A program made the position numbers and the translations under genes. DNA of 63,420 nucleotides, counting the filler, from Lenisia limosa (lineage: Eukaryota > Protista > Breviatea), in assembly GCA_001655205.1 (NCBI GenBank). It is 7 parts of 7 records of this genome, joined end to end, with 100 filler letters (N's around TTAATTAATTAA, not from the genome) between each part and the next. Parts side by side here need not be neighbours in the genome. Positions count along the whole stretch, not along the records: positions 18,217 to 33,421 come from LPNZ01006661.1; positions 33,522 to 36,047 come from LPNZ01004694.1; positions 36,148 to 39,936 come from LPNZ01000016.1; 4 more parts are not named here. One strand, written 5' to 3'. Under the pieces are notes generated by a model that had not been told where the DNA came from, made no database searches, and saw only the letters and a program-made list of their open reading frames with translations. Numbering within the stretch: position 1 is the first letter of the stretch; each line of letters begins with the position of its first letter. This document shows positions 23,031-36,479 of the stretch, piece after piece.

Positions 23031-24069
23031 TCACATGTGACAAATATCCATTTTGATTTTATGTATTGAAAAACATTCATAATTTCAAATTCCAGAAAAA
23101 CCCGACTTTTGGAAATTTCAAAATGTATTTTGTTCAAGAAACTGGTAAATAAATGCAATATACTCACATTTTCTTTTGCATCAGTTCCGGGGGAACATCC
23201 CAACAAAAAAAAATACAGACCTCAAAGAGGCACCATACTTGCCGCTCTGCAGCCATCATCTCCAGTTACCCGCTTCAATCCTTCTGATGCGAAGGTTTGA
23301 CCCCCTTTGCCAAACCGAGGCAAAAGTCAATTGACTATTTTCAAAAAAATCTCTTCTGCTGAGTGTATAGCAAAGAATATTCTTTTGACCCTCTAACTTT
23401 CTTATCACCCTAAACACTTTACTTAGTTAGTATGTCTATTTGTGTATTAATTCACGTAACACATACTATGTTATTTTTCGTCTATTGTCTTAACCCCCTA
23501 AACCATCTACTCTTATCCTCCTCATATACCTAAACACTACAGCTATTCTCCTCCTCAAACACAAACCTATAACTAATTCCACTCCCAAAGGCCGACAATT
23601 ACCTCGACATTCTGTGTCAAGTTATGTATCTCACAACGAGAGGTATCCCCTTCTTCCACGACACTATTCTGGAGAAGCGATACGCTTTTTCGCAGAAAAC
23701 TTTGCTCCAGTAGGTTTTCGGTGTTATTATCATATATCATATAATCATATGAAATGTATTCATATCATACAACCCAACATGGCCGAAGTTGTCATTATCG
23801 TATTTTAAAGATACCTTGAGTAATAGTCAAAGCCCACGGTTATAAGATATCTTGAATAAATATTCATGTTTAACATTTTCCCTTCCCGCTTATTTACATT
23901 TCTCTATTTATTTTCCAGCACGCTGACGAGACCTCCACTTCTCCGGACAAACCATAGAAAAGTCCCACTAACCTCGGACGAGCTTCTTGTTATCTACACT
24001 AGTAGACGAGGTGGGTGGGGGTGTGCGTGGAAGGAGGTGAGAAAAGGAGGGGTGAAACTACATGGGAGG

Positions 24070-24160
24070 TAGGGCTTCACTTCGATTCGAAAAAGACTAA
24101 ATTTCTCGAAAAATCCTCGAAAACTAACGATTTTTTACAGGGGTTTTTTCACAAGCCCCA
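24070..24160. mobile_element. hAT-type MITE copy with partly deleted right TIR
   Basis: tagggcttcacttcgattcgaaaaagac...aagcccca. Confidence 0.75.
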
Positions 24161-25246
24161 GTACAGTGTCCGTGAGAGGTGTTGATCGATGTGACATCAT
24201 GTTGCAAATTGGTCAGGACATATCCTGGTCACGCGATGCAGGATTTACTCTGCCGCTCTTTAACACGGTCACAATATATTTAGCAAATACCTGTCAAAAA
24301 AACTGGGACCTGTGTTTGTTTCCTCCCTAAAAACTGCCCTCCCCCACAGAGAACGTGTCAACCGTGTGGCCCATGTGGTGATTATGTAGCATTAGTAAAA
24401 GAGATATCAATTGCATTATTCTTGTAATATCACTGTTGCAACTGGGATTATAGCGCGTCTTTGATGATTTTACTGGTATTTTTACACTCCTAGCGAAACC
24501 TGTACTCCCTGAACATCTTCTCTTGCTCTTCAAGACAGACAAATTCCTGACATCGCCTGAAAAAGACCTCAGGGNNNNNNNNNNNNNNNNNNNNNNNNNN
24601 NNNNNNNNNNNNNNNNNNNNNNNNNNNNNNNNNNNNNNNNNNNNNNNNNNNNNNNNNNNNNNNNNNNNNACTCAATTCAATCATTAGACAGGGAAATGTT
24701 ATCATCAAACAGCTATGCTATACTACAAGTTCAATTTTCGATACCTAGCCAGGAATCTCTCCGTATCTGCTTGAATGTAGATCTATGATCCATTTTCAGT
24801 CAAAGAGGAATAGACTGGTCAAGTTTTTTTATTCATAAAATTAAAGGGAAATGGGATATAGATGGAATGGATAATAAAGTCGAATAATCCTAGAAGTGGA
24901 GGGAACAGAGAACCCCTTATGTTTCTCTGTATTTTGAACAAGAGAAATAATAGATACTACATTAGAAATCTGGAAATTTAAATCCTCCAGATATTATAGT
25001 TTAGAATGGTTTGAATACCCAATAAATTATGTTATAGAATGAGTACATTACACAATGCCGCAACACGCTGAAGAAATACCCAATCCAAGGTAAACACTTG
25101 CTGAACTGGACTGATTCAAGATTTATAAAGATATTTGTGTATTGTTTAAACAAAATTATGAGGAATTTCTTTCCAAATCGGTAGTTTTCGCGGATTTATT
25201 GAGAACTATTTTCGGATCGAAGTGAAGCCCAACCCTATCTCAAACC

Positions 25247-25346
25247 TAGGGCTTCACTTCGGTTCCAAAAATGGTTGAATTTCTCGATAAATCCTCGAAA
25301 ACTATCGATAATTTGCCAGTATTTTCCAAACCTAAGTGAAGTCCTA
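25247..25346. mobile_element. hAT-type MITE copy (100 bp) with degenerate 8-bp TSD
   Basis: tagggcttcacttcggttcc...cctaagtgaagtccta; flanks ctcaaacc / ctcacact (6/8). The right end of another copy lies at ~25175-25230. Confidence 0.8.
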
Positions 25347-25572
25347 CTCACACTGCTTTAGCTGCCCCTTCGCCGCAACCGAGGCTCCTGTATCCGGAAC
25401 AAGGTATGCTGTTGTTTTTTATTTTTACTGTGGAGGCATCGGCATGCAAAAGGCTGTGTGCTGAGTTGTAAGGCATATATAATTGGTAGAATCAATATTT
25501 CACTACTATAATCCAGTATCTGTGGACGACTTCGTCGAGATACAACCTTGTTTTCTTTTTTTTTCACCTCTA

Positions 25573-25656
25573 TACACAGTGACCAGGATAAATGTTGACC
25601 AATTTTCCTCTGGAAATCACATAGCAAATCGGTCAAGACTTATCCCGGTCACTGTA
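25573..25656. mobile_element. Tc1/mariner-type MITE (~85 bp, TA-flanked)
   Basis: ta(ca)cagtgaccaggataaatgttgaccaattt...aaatcggtcaagacttatcccggtcactgta. Related copies at ~29108-29212, 32350-32400, 33061-33131 and 39865-39936. Confidence 0.7.
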
Positions 25657-28600
25657 TATCACATAGCAAATGGTCAAGACTTGACCTGGTCACAGTATAA
25701 TTTAATGATATTAGCCCGTCGCCTTGCCAAAAGACGAGCCCCCATGTACGAAGACCAGCCAGCTCCCCGTAAGCCCTATTTTGGGTTAAAACACTTGTGA
25801 TGCAGTAGGATATCAATTATGACACGATTGGATATGTATTTGAAATATGCATTGTAGCTCCACATTTAGGCTACAAATATGGGCTCTTTTAAAAATGGGG
25901 TGGCAGCGTCTGTAGTTAAGAAATAAAAAGTGATAAAAATGGTATTTATATGAAAATTCAAAAATAAAAGTCAATTTTTGTAACTATAAACCGTTTTTTA
26001 AAGAGCCATATTATTTTTTAGACAAGCTCAAATACGTACCACCCCGAGTGTTTATTTTTTGGAGTTCCACACCCCCACAATATGTTGAAACAACATGATA
26101 TATTCCTGTTTATCTCTTACCGCACCCAACATCAGAATATCCTCTAACCTTGTTAGAACAGCAAGAAAGGTATCAACCCCGGTTTAGTGAGCGTTATGCA
26201 CATCGTGAGAGGGGCAGCTCTTATTTAATAATGCAAGGCTGGTAGTGGCAGGGCTATTCTTTAATAATGAGGGGTGAATATTTTTTGAGGTGGTGGGGGT
26301 GTACTCTTTGTATGGGGGAGGATTACAGCTTCACGGAAATGAAGGTGCTTGAGGGTGTTTGACACAATTTTAAATTATCTATAATCTAATCCAAGATCTT
26401 ATATAAGTGATGGTATTGACGGTTGCGGCTGGATACCACCGTTTCATATTATTAGACGCAACTCCCCACCCGCACAGTTCGATTTGATCGCAATCCTTCT
26501 CGTGGGATGGTTTTATAGTAGTTTCAACGATCTTGTCTATGTTGAACACAGCGTTGTTTGACATTCATGTAATCTAGAATATGGACAATGGCTAAGCGAC
26601 CTAAATTTCTAGATTTGTAATTTGTGACAGTGTTGGACTGATTTCAATAAAATAGACTACGTATTTAATTTCTCTGTGTTACCTTTCATATCACATCTTA
26701 AATGTTGCTGAGGTGAAACTTTTAAAAAAAAGCCCAAATCAACTCTNNNNNNNNNNNNNNNNNNNNNNNNNNNNNNNNNNNNNNNNNNNNNNNNNNNNNN
26801 NNNNNNNNNNNNNNNNNNNNNNNNTTGGGACAATTATCTTCAATAATTCCCAAAATCAAATCTGTTGGCAAATAAACAATATATACAAGGGTTAAGACGT
26901 AAAAATAGAAAATATTTTATATAAAAAAAAGTCAAAAATCAACTCTGTTAAAAAATTGCTCATCTCATTTTTGGCCCAAATTCCTACCTCGTTTTAAGAA
27001 ATTGGGCCAAAAAAGGGATTGCTGGAAGAACAAGGGTCTAAATAAGACTGAATTCTCGATAAATCCTCGATAAATATCGATGCTTAACAGGGAACAGAAA
27101 GGAAGCTGTAGTTAAAAGATTACTAAGGGAACTCAAGTGTAGTACTCCAACAATGTGTATGGGTCTTATTCCCACCTAGCAACATACCCCTGTTACAGTA
27201 TCAGAAGATATGCATTAATTTCCTCTNNNNNNNNNNNNNNNNNNNNNNNNNNNNNNNNNNNNNNNNNNNNNNNNNNNNNNNNNNNNNNNNNNNNNNNNNN
27301 NNNNNNNNNNNNNNNNNNNNNNNNNNNNNNNNNNNNNNNNNNNNNNNNNNNNNNNNNNNNNNNNNNNNNNNNNNNNNAAGTATGAGTGGAATGATGAGGG
27401 AGAGAATGAATAGTTTCGTAAAGCATCGAATTTGAAGAGCCTCACAAAAACAATGTTCGGAGACACAGAATATGAGCACTTTTTTTTGAACTTGTTGAAA
27501 TGAAAATGAAGAACACAAAGTCTGTAGACTGTGTTCTAATGAATAACGAATGTAACGTATTAATCGAGATTTCAGCCTTTTCTTATTATAATGGTTAAGT
27601 TATGGATTATGGGGGAATCAACAAACAAGAACCAACCAAACGAAAAAGCTCTATTATACCTTTTAATTTGCCGTCAAAGTCGTCTGCCTGATGATAGAGG
27701 CAAATGAAAAGTTAAGTTGGTGATAAGTCTCAATGAAAAATCAGATTTTTTGCAGGTTTTCTGCTTTTCTTTCTCTCTCCTCGGTCTCTCAGTGTTTAAT
27801 TACTCTCGNNNNNNNNNNNNNNNNNNNNNNNNNNNNNNNNNNNNNNNNNNNNNNNNNNNNNNNNNNNNNNNNNNNNNNNNNNNNNNNNNNNNNNNNNNNN
27901 NNNNNNNNNNNNTTAACTTAACTTTTTCTGCATTACGATACCCCCCCCCCTTCCTCCTGTAGGCTAATATATTCTTATTTGTATATCAGAATTAGAATTC
28001 TGAATTTCATACATTTTCATTGTGGCCTAAATCCAATCAAAATCTGGAACAATGATATAATCCTAGCTAAGGTTTTTGTTGTTGGGTGGGAAAAATGGGT
28101 GGGANNNNNNNNNNNNNNNNNNNNNNNNNNNNNNNNNNNNNNNNNNNNNNNNNNNNNNNNNNNNNNNNNNNNNNNNNNNNNNNNNNNNNNNNNNNNNNNN
28201 NNNNNNNNNNNNNNNNNNNNNNNNNNNNNNNNNNNNNNNNNNNNNNNNNNNNNNNNNNNNNNNNNNNNNNNNNNNNNNNNTTATTATTTGATATTGTTTT
28301 AATGGAGCGATTGGTAGAACTTTATCTTGACAATAAAATACTGTTTAGCCTATGATCATATGACAAACATTAGAGTCGAATTATTAACCCAGACATTGCC
28401 GACTGATTTTCAAGTCGAAATGATGAACGAAGATAACACGAGGGTTCATCCCGAGTGTATCAGAGTATCATTGAGACTTGAATTATCATACGAGTGGATA
28501 TGAGGCATCATATCACTACGTGGAAATGATAGATCACGAACCAAAAAGTGATACGACTCAATATCGGTAGTTATTGAGGCTATATTGAGAATTTCTGACG

Positions 28601-29983
28601 CTCTTGGGTTCGAAAACAGCCTCAACCTGAAAATGGAAACAACATAAATAATCGACTTGAAAGACCGTTCACCATTACACCGGTTTTACCGTCTTGATTT
28701 ATTTTACTTGGTCGGAATGACAAGCTTTTCAACGGGCTTCAGTTTTCTTCGTAGCTTTGCTGCCATCTTTCTCTGCTCTGTTTGTTTCCTCACCAGGGGG
28801 TATCGAGGGTGCAAAAGTGGGGTCATCTTGAAAGTTGTCGGCCTTTACAATCTGTGGGAATAAAATTAATACAAAAAATAAGGAAAATCATCGCCAAAAT
28901 CACAAAAGTGTGGGAGTTACATAATCATGATCTGAAACAAAGCTGCATAGGCTATTCACCCCCAGAAAGAACTTGTCAATAATTCTGTTATGGTGCCTCA
29001 TGTAAATGTGTACTATTCTTGCTTTAAAAAAACTTGAACCACAATTAAAATAAGTTGTTATGCGGAACCTTTCATTAAATAAAGACCTTCCCAACACACA
29101 CACCCCTTTATCCTTGACCGATTTGCTATGTGATTTCCGATTTGCTATGTGATTTCCGATGTGATTTCCCGAGGAAAATTGGTCAACATTTATCTTCGTC
29201 ACTGTGTATAGAGGTGAAAAAAACAAAAACAAGGTTGTATCTCGCCAAAGCCGTCCACACCATCACGCTTAAGATACAGGATTCCTTTATCGACAACAAT
29301 CAACCCATGTAATTCTATCATTATAAAACAAAATCTGAATCGTTCCCCCCACCTTCACAGTCTTTGAAGACACAGCATCATCTAGTAGTAAAGAAACTGC
29401 CAAGTGGCCTCTTAAACTGGCGCTATTTTGGGCAGTGTGTCCGTTCTNNNNNNNNNNNNNNNNNNNNNNNNNNNNNNNNNNNNNNNNNNNNNNNNNNNNN
29501 NNNNNNNNNNNNNNNNNNNNNNNNNNNNNNNNNNNNNNNNNNNNNNNNNNNNNNNNNNNNNNNNNNNNNNNNNNNNNNNNNNNNNNNNNNNNNNNNNNNN
29601 NNNNNNNNNNNNNNNNNNNNNNNNACTAGTGGGGATTGACTACAACTACCCGTTTAAATCACAACTTTGCAGAACACCCCCTCTCCCCCCTTCGGAATAT
29701 ATAGCAGAGAAATAAAAAAAAACGTTGTTTCTGTCCGAAGCCGTCCACACCATCACGTATTCAGAGATATGGTATAATACTAATTCACCCAATCATTTGC
29801 CTTACATCTTTGTACACACACGCAGCTTTATTCCTGCCTCCCCAGCATACTGCCCTTTGAAATAGTAAAACACACCATCATCAACCCCCCCTTGCTGAAT
29901 CATGGCTAAGTACCGGAGAGCAATTTATAAGATGGCACCCCCCCTCCCAGAAACAATTATACGTGATATCTGTCCCCTCTTAC

Positions 29984-31463
29984 TGAGTCGTAACTAAGGA
30001 CGGCACCATGGCAAAGAAGAGCAATAACAGTCGATAAATGACCGAAAAAGGCCGCGTTATGCAGGGGAGTCCGCCTGACCTTGAAGGGTGAGAAACATTA
30101 GAAGTTGAGCTTCTCTTTCGGTTCCAAAAGACTGATAAAATATCAATATTTATTGAGGATTCATCGAGAATTCAGTCTTTTTTGGAACCGAAAGCGAAGC
30201 TCTAATTAGAAGGGCTCCACTCAGTGGGAGAGGGGCTTCAGTGTAATTATCTAAGGTCTTTCAAGTCTTTGAGAAAAAACACTATCACCTCTGATATTAA
30301 CAATAACACCACTACCAGTAACACGGTATCGGTTCAGTTCGGTTATTGCTGGGAAATACTAAGTTGGTTTCGGATATACTTAGGGCTGCACTGCGGTCAA
30401 AAAAGACTGAATATCTCGAAAAATTCTCGATAAATATCGATATTTTACCGGTCTTTTTCGGACCGTTGGGAAGCCCTAGATATAACCAAACCGAAGTGAA
30501 GCATAGGGTTTTACTTCGATTCGGAAAAGGCCAGTACAATATCGATAGTTTTAGAGGTTTTATCGAGAAATTGTCTTTTTTGAACTGTAAAAAGACCTAG
30601 ATATGACCGAATCACAATGAAGTGAAGTACCTACGCAAACCTCATTACTAGTTGATTCTGATATGGAAGCACCGGCACAAACCTCATTACTCGTATTTAC
30701 AACGGCTCCGTGTGCGATGAGAAACTCGCACAATTCGGTATGCCCCTCCGCTGCTGCCACGTGTAAAGGCTGCTCTATTGACTGAAAGGTAAGTAATCAC
30801 AGGGACTTAAATGACGACACGGAATGCTGGAGTTTTGAAACACTTTCCAAGAATTGTTTGTTGATAAAAATGATATCATGGGAGAGGGAAAGGAGTTGAA
30901 ATATAGTATGTTTGTCACAAAACAACCCAAAAAGTCAACTCTATTGGCCAAGCATTTCAGAAGCAAAACTTAGAAAAACAAACAAATCAATGTGCAGGAG
31001 GGATTTGAATTAGCATGTAAATGCATCTCTCTTCTCTCCACACATTCTCCACCACCGCCACCCCTCCCCCTACTTGCCCATCACCCCTTTCTCTTTCTAC
31101 TTGAGCCCCGTGCAATTAATTTTTTGAAGAAATTAATCGACAAAATTAGAAATTAAAGTGTCTGTAATAGGGTTCTCGCAATATGTTCCACGTCAATTTT
31201 GCAATTAATTATCCAATTATTAGCAAGGGGCCTTAATTACTAGCATGGAGCCTTAAATACTAGCACGGAGCCTTAATTAAACGGGGTCAAGACTTCTCAC
31301 ATTCAGTCTCCATAACCATCACCATTCCCCTCTCCCCCACTCTCTACCACGCCCCCCACACCGGGGTGGATGGCGGCCCCTCGGGTTTCGCTCCATATTC
31401 GATGAGCAATTTTGCCATTTTGACGCAGCCGAGCTCCGCTGCCGGGAACAGTGCGTTGGCACC
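29984..31463 (-). CDS. Ankyrin-repeat gene fragment, one repeat per exon
   Basis: Exons 31463-31362 (GANALFPAAELGCVKMAKLLIEYGAKPEG...), 30781-30683 (SIEQPLHVAAAEGHTELCEFLIAHGAVVNTSNE) and 30079-29984 (VRRTPLHNAAFFGHLSTVIALLCHGAVLSYDS), all AG/GT-bounded and phase 0. A further degenerate repeat (NGHTAQNSASLRGHLAV) lies at ~29390-29447. Confidence 0.8.
30105..30204. mobile_element. hAT-type MITE copy (100 bp) with perfect 8-bp TSD
   Basis: TIRs ttgagcttctctttcggttccaaaagac / gtctttttggaaccgaaagcgaagctcta, flanked by attagaag at 30097-30104 and 30205-30212. Confidence 0.9.
30381..30599. mobile_element. Two adjacent hAT-type MITE copies (30381-30478 and 30504-30599)
   Basis: The first is flanked by gatatact / gatataac (6/8). 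Both share the family interior tctcgataaa..tcga..a.tatcgata. Confidence 0.8.
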
Positions 31464-31783
31464 CTGGAAAAGAATAAATGTTGGAGAGTTGCAGCCCGGG
31501 GAAATAATAAAAAAGGGGGGAAATATTCAGGAAAAACATATAAAAAATACATCTGTTGGGAAGAGATTATGAAAATAGAATGGGAATAGTGTTTTTTAAT
31601 TGGTTATTTCTTACCCTATGCTTGGTTTTGCTTATACACACCAAATCAGGTCAACAGCAAGTGAACAACGCACAGTTTAGCGCACCTTATCCTATACATA
31701 GTTTTCATAACTTATAATAACACCTTCATGGTTTTGTTTACTTCATACCACAAAATGGGTTACTTTAACATATGATACAATGA

Positions 31784-31867
31784 CCACTTCATACCTTATA
31801 CATTGTTTTGACCCCTTCATACCTTATACATTGTTTTGACCCCTTCATACCTTGTGCATGGTCTTGG
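31784..31867. repeat. 28-bp tandem repeat x3
   Basis: cc(a/c)cttcataccttatacattgttttga; the third unit is degenerate. Confidence 0.9.
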
Positions 31868-32984
31868 CTCCGTATTTGAGAAAGAAGGACACAATATCAT
31901 AGTGTCCATAGACAATAGCGTGATGCAGGGGGCTCGCATTGAGGCTACACAGAGTTAAAAAAAACCCGCTTAATCGAAATATCTTGAAGAAAATCTCATT
32001 GTCTCAAGTAAAAAATGAGTTTGTCAAAAATAGGGTAATTTGTAAACTTCGTGGAAAATTACGAAAATATCCAACGGCTTTCCCTTATCAGACTAAACTA
32101 GGACCAATTCATATTTCCAATCGGAATTGGACACATAAAACAGAATGTTTTTATTTATTTTCAAAAAATGTTTTTTCTATTCCCTCTTACGGCTCGCCAG
32201 CTGATCGACTGTACGCATTGACATTGACTACCCATTTACTAGGAGGTTAAAGACGTTGAATATACCAATTGAGGCTTCAGGCCGGTCCCAAAAAGACCGG
32301 TAAAATACCAATAAATTGAAATAAGAAATAGAAGTATCTTAACCGATTTGATATATGATTGTCCAAGGATAATCGGTCAATACTTATCCCGGTCACTGCA
32401 CAAAAAAATGGTAATAAGACATAGAGGTATCTTGAGAGATCCTTTCATACCATCAAGTTCAGAAGAGATATTGATGAGAGTACAATTTCACCAATCATTT
32501 GCCTTAATTACCCAGCCACTTTTTTTATCATTTTATCCTAAAGGCTTTACCATCCTACTTCTTTAACATTGCTTTAATGAGGTTCAAGTGTCCGTTACGA
32601 ATGGGAACTTTCAGGTTTGCTTGCTGTCAAATGAAGAACGACTTTGTAAAATATACTGTCCAAATTCAAAAAAATTGGTATTTCAACACATGCTTTATTT
32701 ATTGTCTCAAAATAAAAATAAACACGGCAACTGTGATTAGTTCTGACACAATTAAACAACCCAGCAGAAACAAGAAAAAAATATCGGTGTAAGACTTATC
32801 GCGGATAGCGCTGTACTACAACAAAACAAACAATACTCCCAAAATAAGAAAACACATATAAATATACAATACTATTTCAACAGACAAAATATAACGCTCA
32901 GACTACCCAACATGCCCTACAATAGTTGCTAAACAAAAAAAACCACTCCACTCCCCCACATGTCTATACATGTCACATGCATAT

Positions 32985-33131
32985 TAGAGCTTCACTTTCG
33001 GTTCCAAAAGACCGACAAAATATATATCGTGAATTCAGTCTTTTTGGAACCGAAGTGAAAGATAAGTCTTGACCTATTTTCCTTCGGAAACCATAAAGCA
33101 AATCGGTCAAGATTTATCCCGATCACTGTAC
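32985..33131. mobile_element. hAT-type MITE abutting a Tc1-type MITE
   Basis: tagagcttcactttcggttcc...ggaaccgaagtgaa (32985-33058) runs directly into gataagtcttgacc...gatcactgtaca (33061-33131). Confidence 0.7.
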
Positions 33132-33904
33132 ATTACATCACATCCTCCCCTCTAACCTGTAACTTTCTTAAAGATTTTTCCACAAACTGCACAGCAAACT
33201 CCTCATTGCTGTGAGTCTCGTAGATATTCCACTAAATTATTATTACATGATTGCAAATGATGCAAATGATGCAAATGATTGGGTAAGTTAATGTTCTAAT
33301 TCAACACCTCTTCGGACAGATGGCTTCGGCTTGATACAACTTTTTTTTGCTCATCTTTATATCAAATACTATTACATCACCAACAATAAGAATAAATCCT
33401 CCCTCGAACTATAAGAACACANNNNNNNNNNNNNNNNNNNNNNNNNNNNNNNNNNNNNNNNNNNNTTAATTAATTAANNNNNNNNNNNNNNNNNNNNNNN
33501 NNNNNNNNNNNNNNNNNNNNNACATGTACACTTAAATATTGGTGGACCTTATCCCCCAGGAAAGTATTCCGAAGTCAGCCGATACCACTCTATAGCGCCG
33601 TACCACACCCCCTCTGCGGCTCTGGCATGGTACCACCCCGTCCCGGCCGCCTCGTATATTCACTACAGGTTGGATGGAGGCTATAGACTCACTAGATTAG
33701 CATTTGCGAACAGGGGTTTTTTTAATCGCTAGATTGTAAAAGCTTAGCGCTTTGGTTGGTATTTTAGTTGCTAATCTGGTGAAAGCCTGATGTTTGTTGG
33801 ATGGACAGAGTTATTACTCTTGTATTTAGGGCTTCACTTCGGTTCGAGAAAGACCGGTAAAATATCGGTAGTTTTCGAAGATTTTTTTAAACAACTTTTC
33901 CCGT

Positions 33905-33990
33905 TTTACCCCAGTGATGGGACGCGGTGCTGCGGAAGCGACTGGCCTTGGATCTGTTGTTTTGTTATCAACCCTTGTGTGTTGTCAGCC
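33905..33990. repeat. Dispersed GC-rich repeat; inverted copy at ~36155-36235
   Basis: agtgatgggacgcggtgctgcggaagcgactggcc versus the reverse complement agtgatgggatgcggtactgcagaagcgactggcc. Confidence 0.8.
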
Positions 33991-35457
33991 AACANNNNNN
34001 NNNNNNNNNNNNNNNNNNNNNNNNNNNNNNNNNNNNNNNNNNNNNNNNNNNNNNNNNNNNNNNCCCTGAGCCGAATCGTGATGAAACGCAGGTTGGTCTT
34101 GAAATGGGTTTTTGTTATTATTATTTCTTATTCTTTTTATTCCACTGGTTATTAAGGTTCTGCAACTGATGTTTCGTTAGTTCAAAACATTGATTATTTG
34201 AAACTTGTGATCATTTCTCATTATTTAGGTAAGTGGAGTGTTGTGTGTCGTGCATGAAGGTGTAAGAGATGGATTGTTTATTTCTCCTGTTGAAACTTAT
34301 CACTTACTTTTCTTATTCGACTATGATAGTGTAAAGATATTGATATCGGTATATTGATAGCTAAGATTGCAGTGTCAGGAGGACAACCATGTTGAACGAT
34401 TGTGTATAGGGTTAAAACCCATAACACCTACCCTTCATGAAGCCCAATTGTATATTGAAGAAAAATATAGAGCCTAGTTTAGGAGTATAATAGGAGGGTG
34501 GGCTCAAAAATATTTCAAAAGAGGAATTGTTTTCAAATTTTGTGTTAAATCTCTGATGAACTGAAATAGTCTCTTAACATATTAACGATATTAAAATTAT
34601 GTGATTATGTTTCTGCTATCATTGTTTCCTGAAATAAAACTATCATTAAACACACTGCTGCATTTAAGATTATTTTTTTTCTATTTTATTATTTCTATTA
34701 TTTTACTATTTATTCTTTATTACTTTATTACTTAGTATATTTTTTCTCATATGTGCAAGTCAGATACGTTTTTTCATTGAATATAATATAGAGAGAAGAA
34801 ATAAAATAAGGCTGCATCTGGCCTAAGCCGTACACACCATCACGAGATATTAGATTGAAGAATAATATTAATTCTCCACACATTTGTCTGTCAACTCTGT
34901 GCACACAGATTTCTGCGTGCCTCTCCAGCATATTTGCCTTTTAACTCTGTGCACACAGCTGCCTTCGTGCCTCTCCAACAAACATTGTGTAATTGTTCTA
35001 GATCGCCAATGCCGAACACACTCTTCCGGACCCCCCACCAAGCTACTACGACCTTCCCCTCCCTCCCACTCCTCCAGGCTCCGACGCCCCGGCACCTACC
35101 ATATTAGGTAAGAGCCAGCTTACCATATAAGGCAGTAGCCTAATTGGGTTAGAATACCCTGAAAGTGTTCGGTTTGCATTTCTTATATCATGGCAAGAAA
35201 TACCCCACACACACACCCTTGTTTACGCACACAGGAGTTGCGCGCGGACGCACAGTGGATGTTTTCGTTTTGAGGGAAATTGCTAGGTGNNNNNNNNNNN
35301 NNNNNNNNNNNNNNNNNNNNNNNNNNNNNNNNNNNNNNNNNNNNNNNNNNNNNNNNNNNNATCATATGTCATTAACTACACGCAGTCTGATACATAGATA
35401 TCGACCGGATTTGACCTTGCCAATCTCTCTAAAGCATAAGAGAACATACATATTAAT

Positions 35458-35541
35458 TAGGGCTCCTCTTCGGTCAAATTCTTGATAAATTCTCGAAAAC
35501 TCGACATTTCCCTGGGTTTTTTCGAACCGAAGTGAAGCCTA
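35458..35541. mobile_element. hAT-type MITE copy
   Basis: tagggctcctcttcggtc...ttcgaaccgaagtgaagccta. Confidence 0.75.
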
Positions 35542-35925
35542 TTAACCCATGTATCATATCTGACCATTCAGCGCCACGCCATATCCCCCCATGAGCGAAT
35601 ACAAACAGCCCGATTTTTGATCAGTTCTATTTTATTTTTTCCTTGACACGTGTGATGTATTTTCTTACTATTAAAACTGGGTTTTAATTTTAGATTAACC
35701 TGGCGGGACAAGGATTGTGAAAATAGAGAGGATATTGAGAAATGCATTGTAAAAAATGAAGTTACTATGATGATCAAAAATTCAGCTATAAACAGAGGTT
35801 TATGAAAAAGTAGTCTCGGATCCGAAGTGCTCCGTTTTACGCGTCATATTGAAAACACTCTGAAATACCTCGGCTTCGCCTGACCGTCGGATTAAACGTG
35901 ATCTTTAGCACATAGTACAACCTTT

Positions 35926-36000
35926 CCCCCATTGTAATACATTAATGGTACCCCCATTGTAATACATTAATGGTACCCCCATTGTAATACATTAATGGTA
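35926..36000. repeat. 25-bp tandem repeat x3
   Basis: cccccattgtaatacattaatggta repeated three times. Confidence 0.95.
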
Positions 36001-36479
36001 CCCCCCCCCCCTGAGCCTTTTGTCCAAACAAAGGAAACAAGCTATACNNNNNNNNNNNNNNNNNNNNNNNNNNNNNNNNNNNNNNNNNNNNTTAATTAAT
36101 TAANNNNNNNNNNNNNNNNNNNNNNNNNNNNNNNNNNNNNNNNNNNNGAGAGTTAAAAACAACAAAACACACAAAGCCCAGGCCAGTCGCTTCTGCAGTA
36201 CCGCATCCCATCACTCCAGCGTACGGGGGTAAATATGGAAAGTTGGTGAAACACATTTAACTGGGGGTGGGGTGCGTGGTTGATAATATTTTTTTTAATA
36301 AGAATAAGTAAAATTTGTAAAATAAAAAAAAAGGTAAAATTGTAACCATAACTTTATCAAACTAAGGCAGAATTAACATTTGAAAATACGTTAATTGTAT
36401 TTTTTTTTTTACATAGTTTAAAAATATTTTTCTATCAATCGCGGCCTAAGAATAGAAAGTAGCATCCTCAGAAGCCTAC

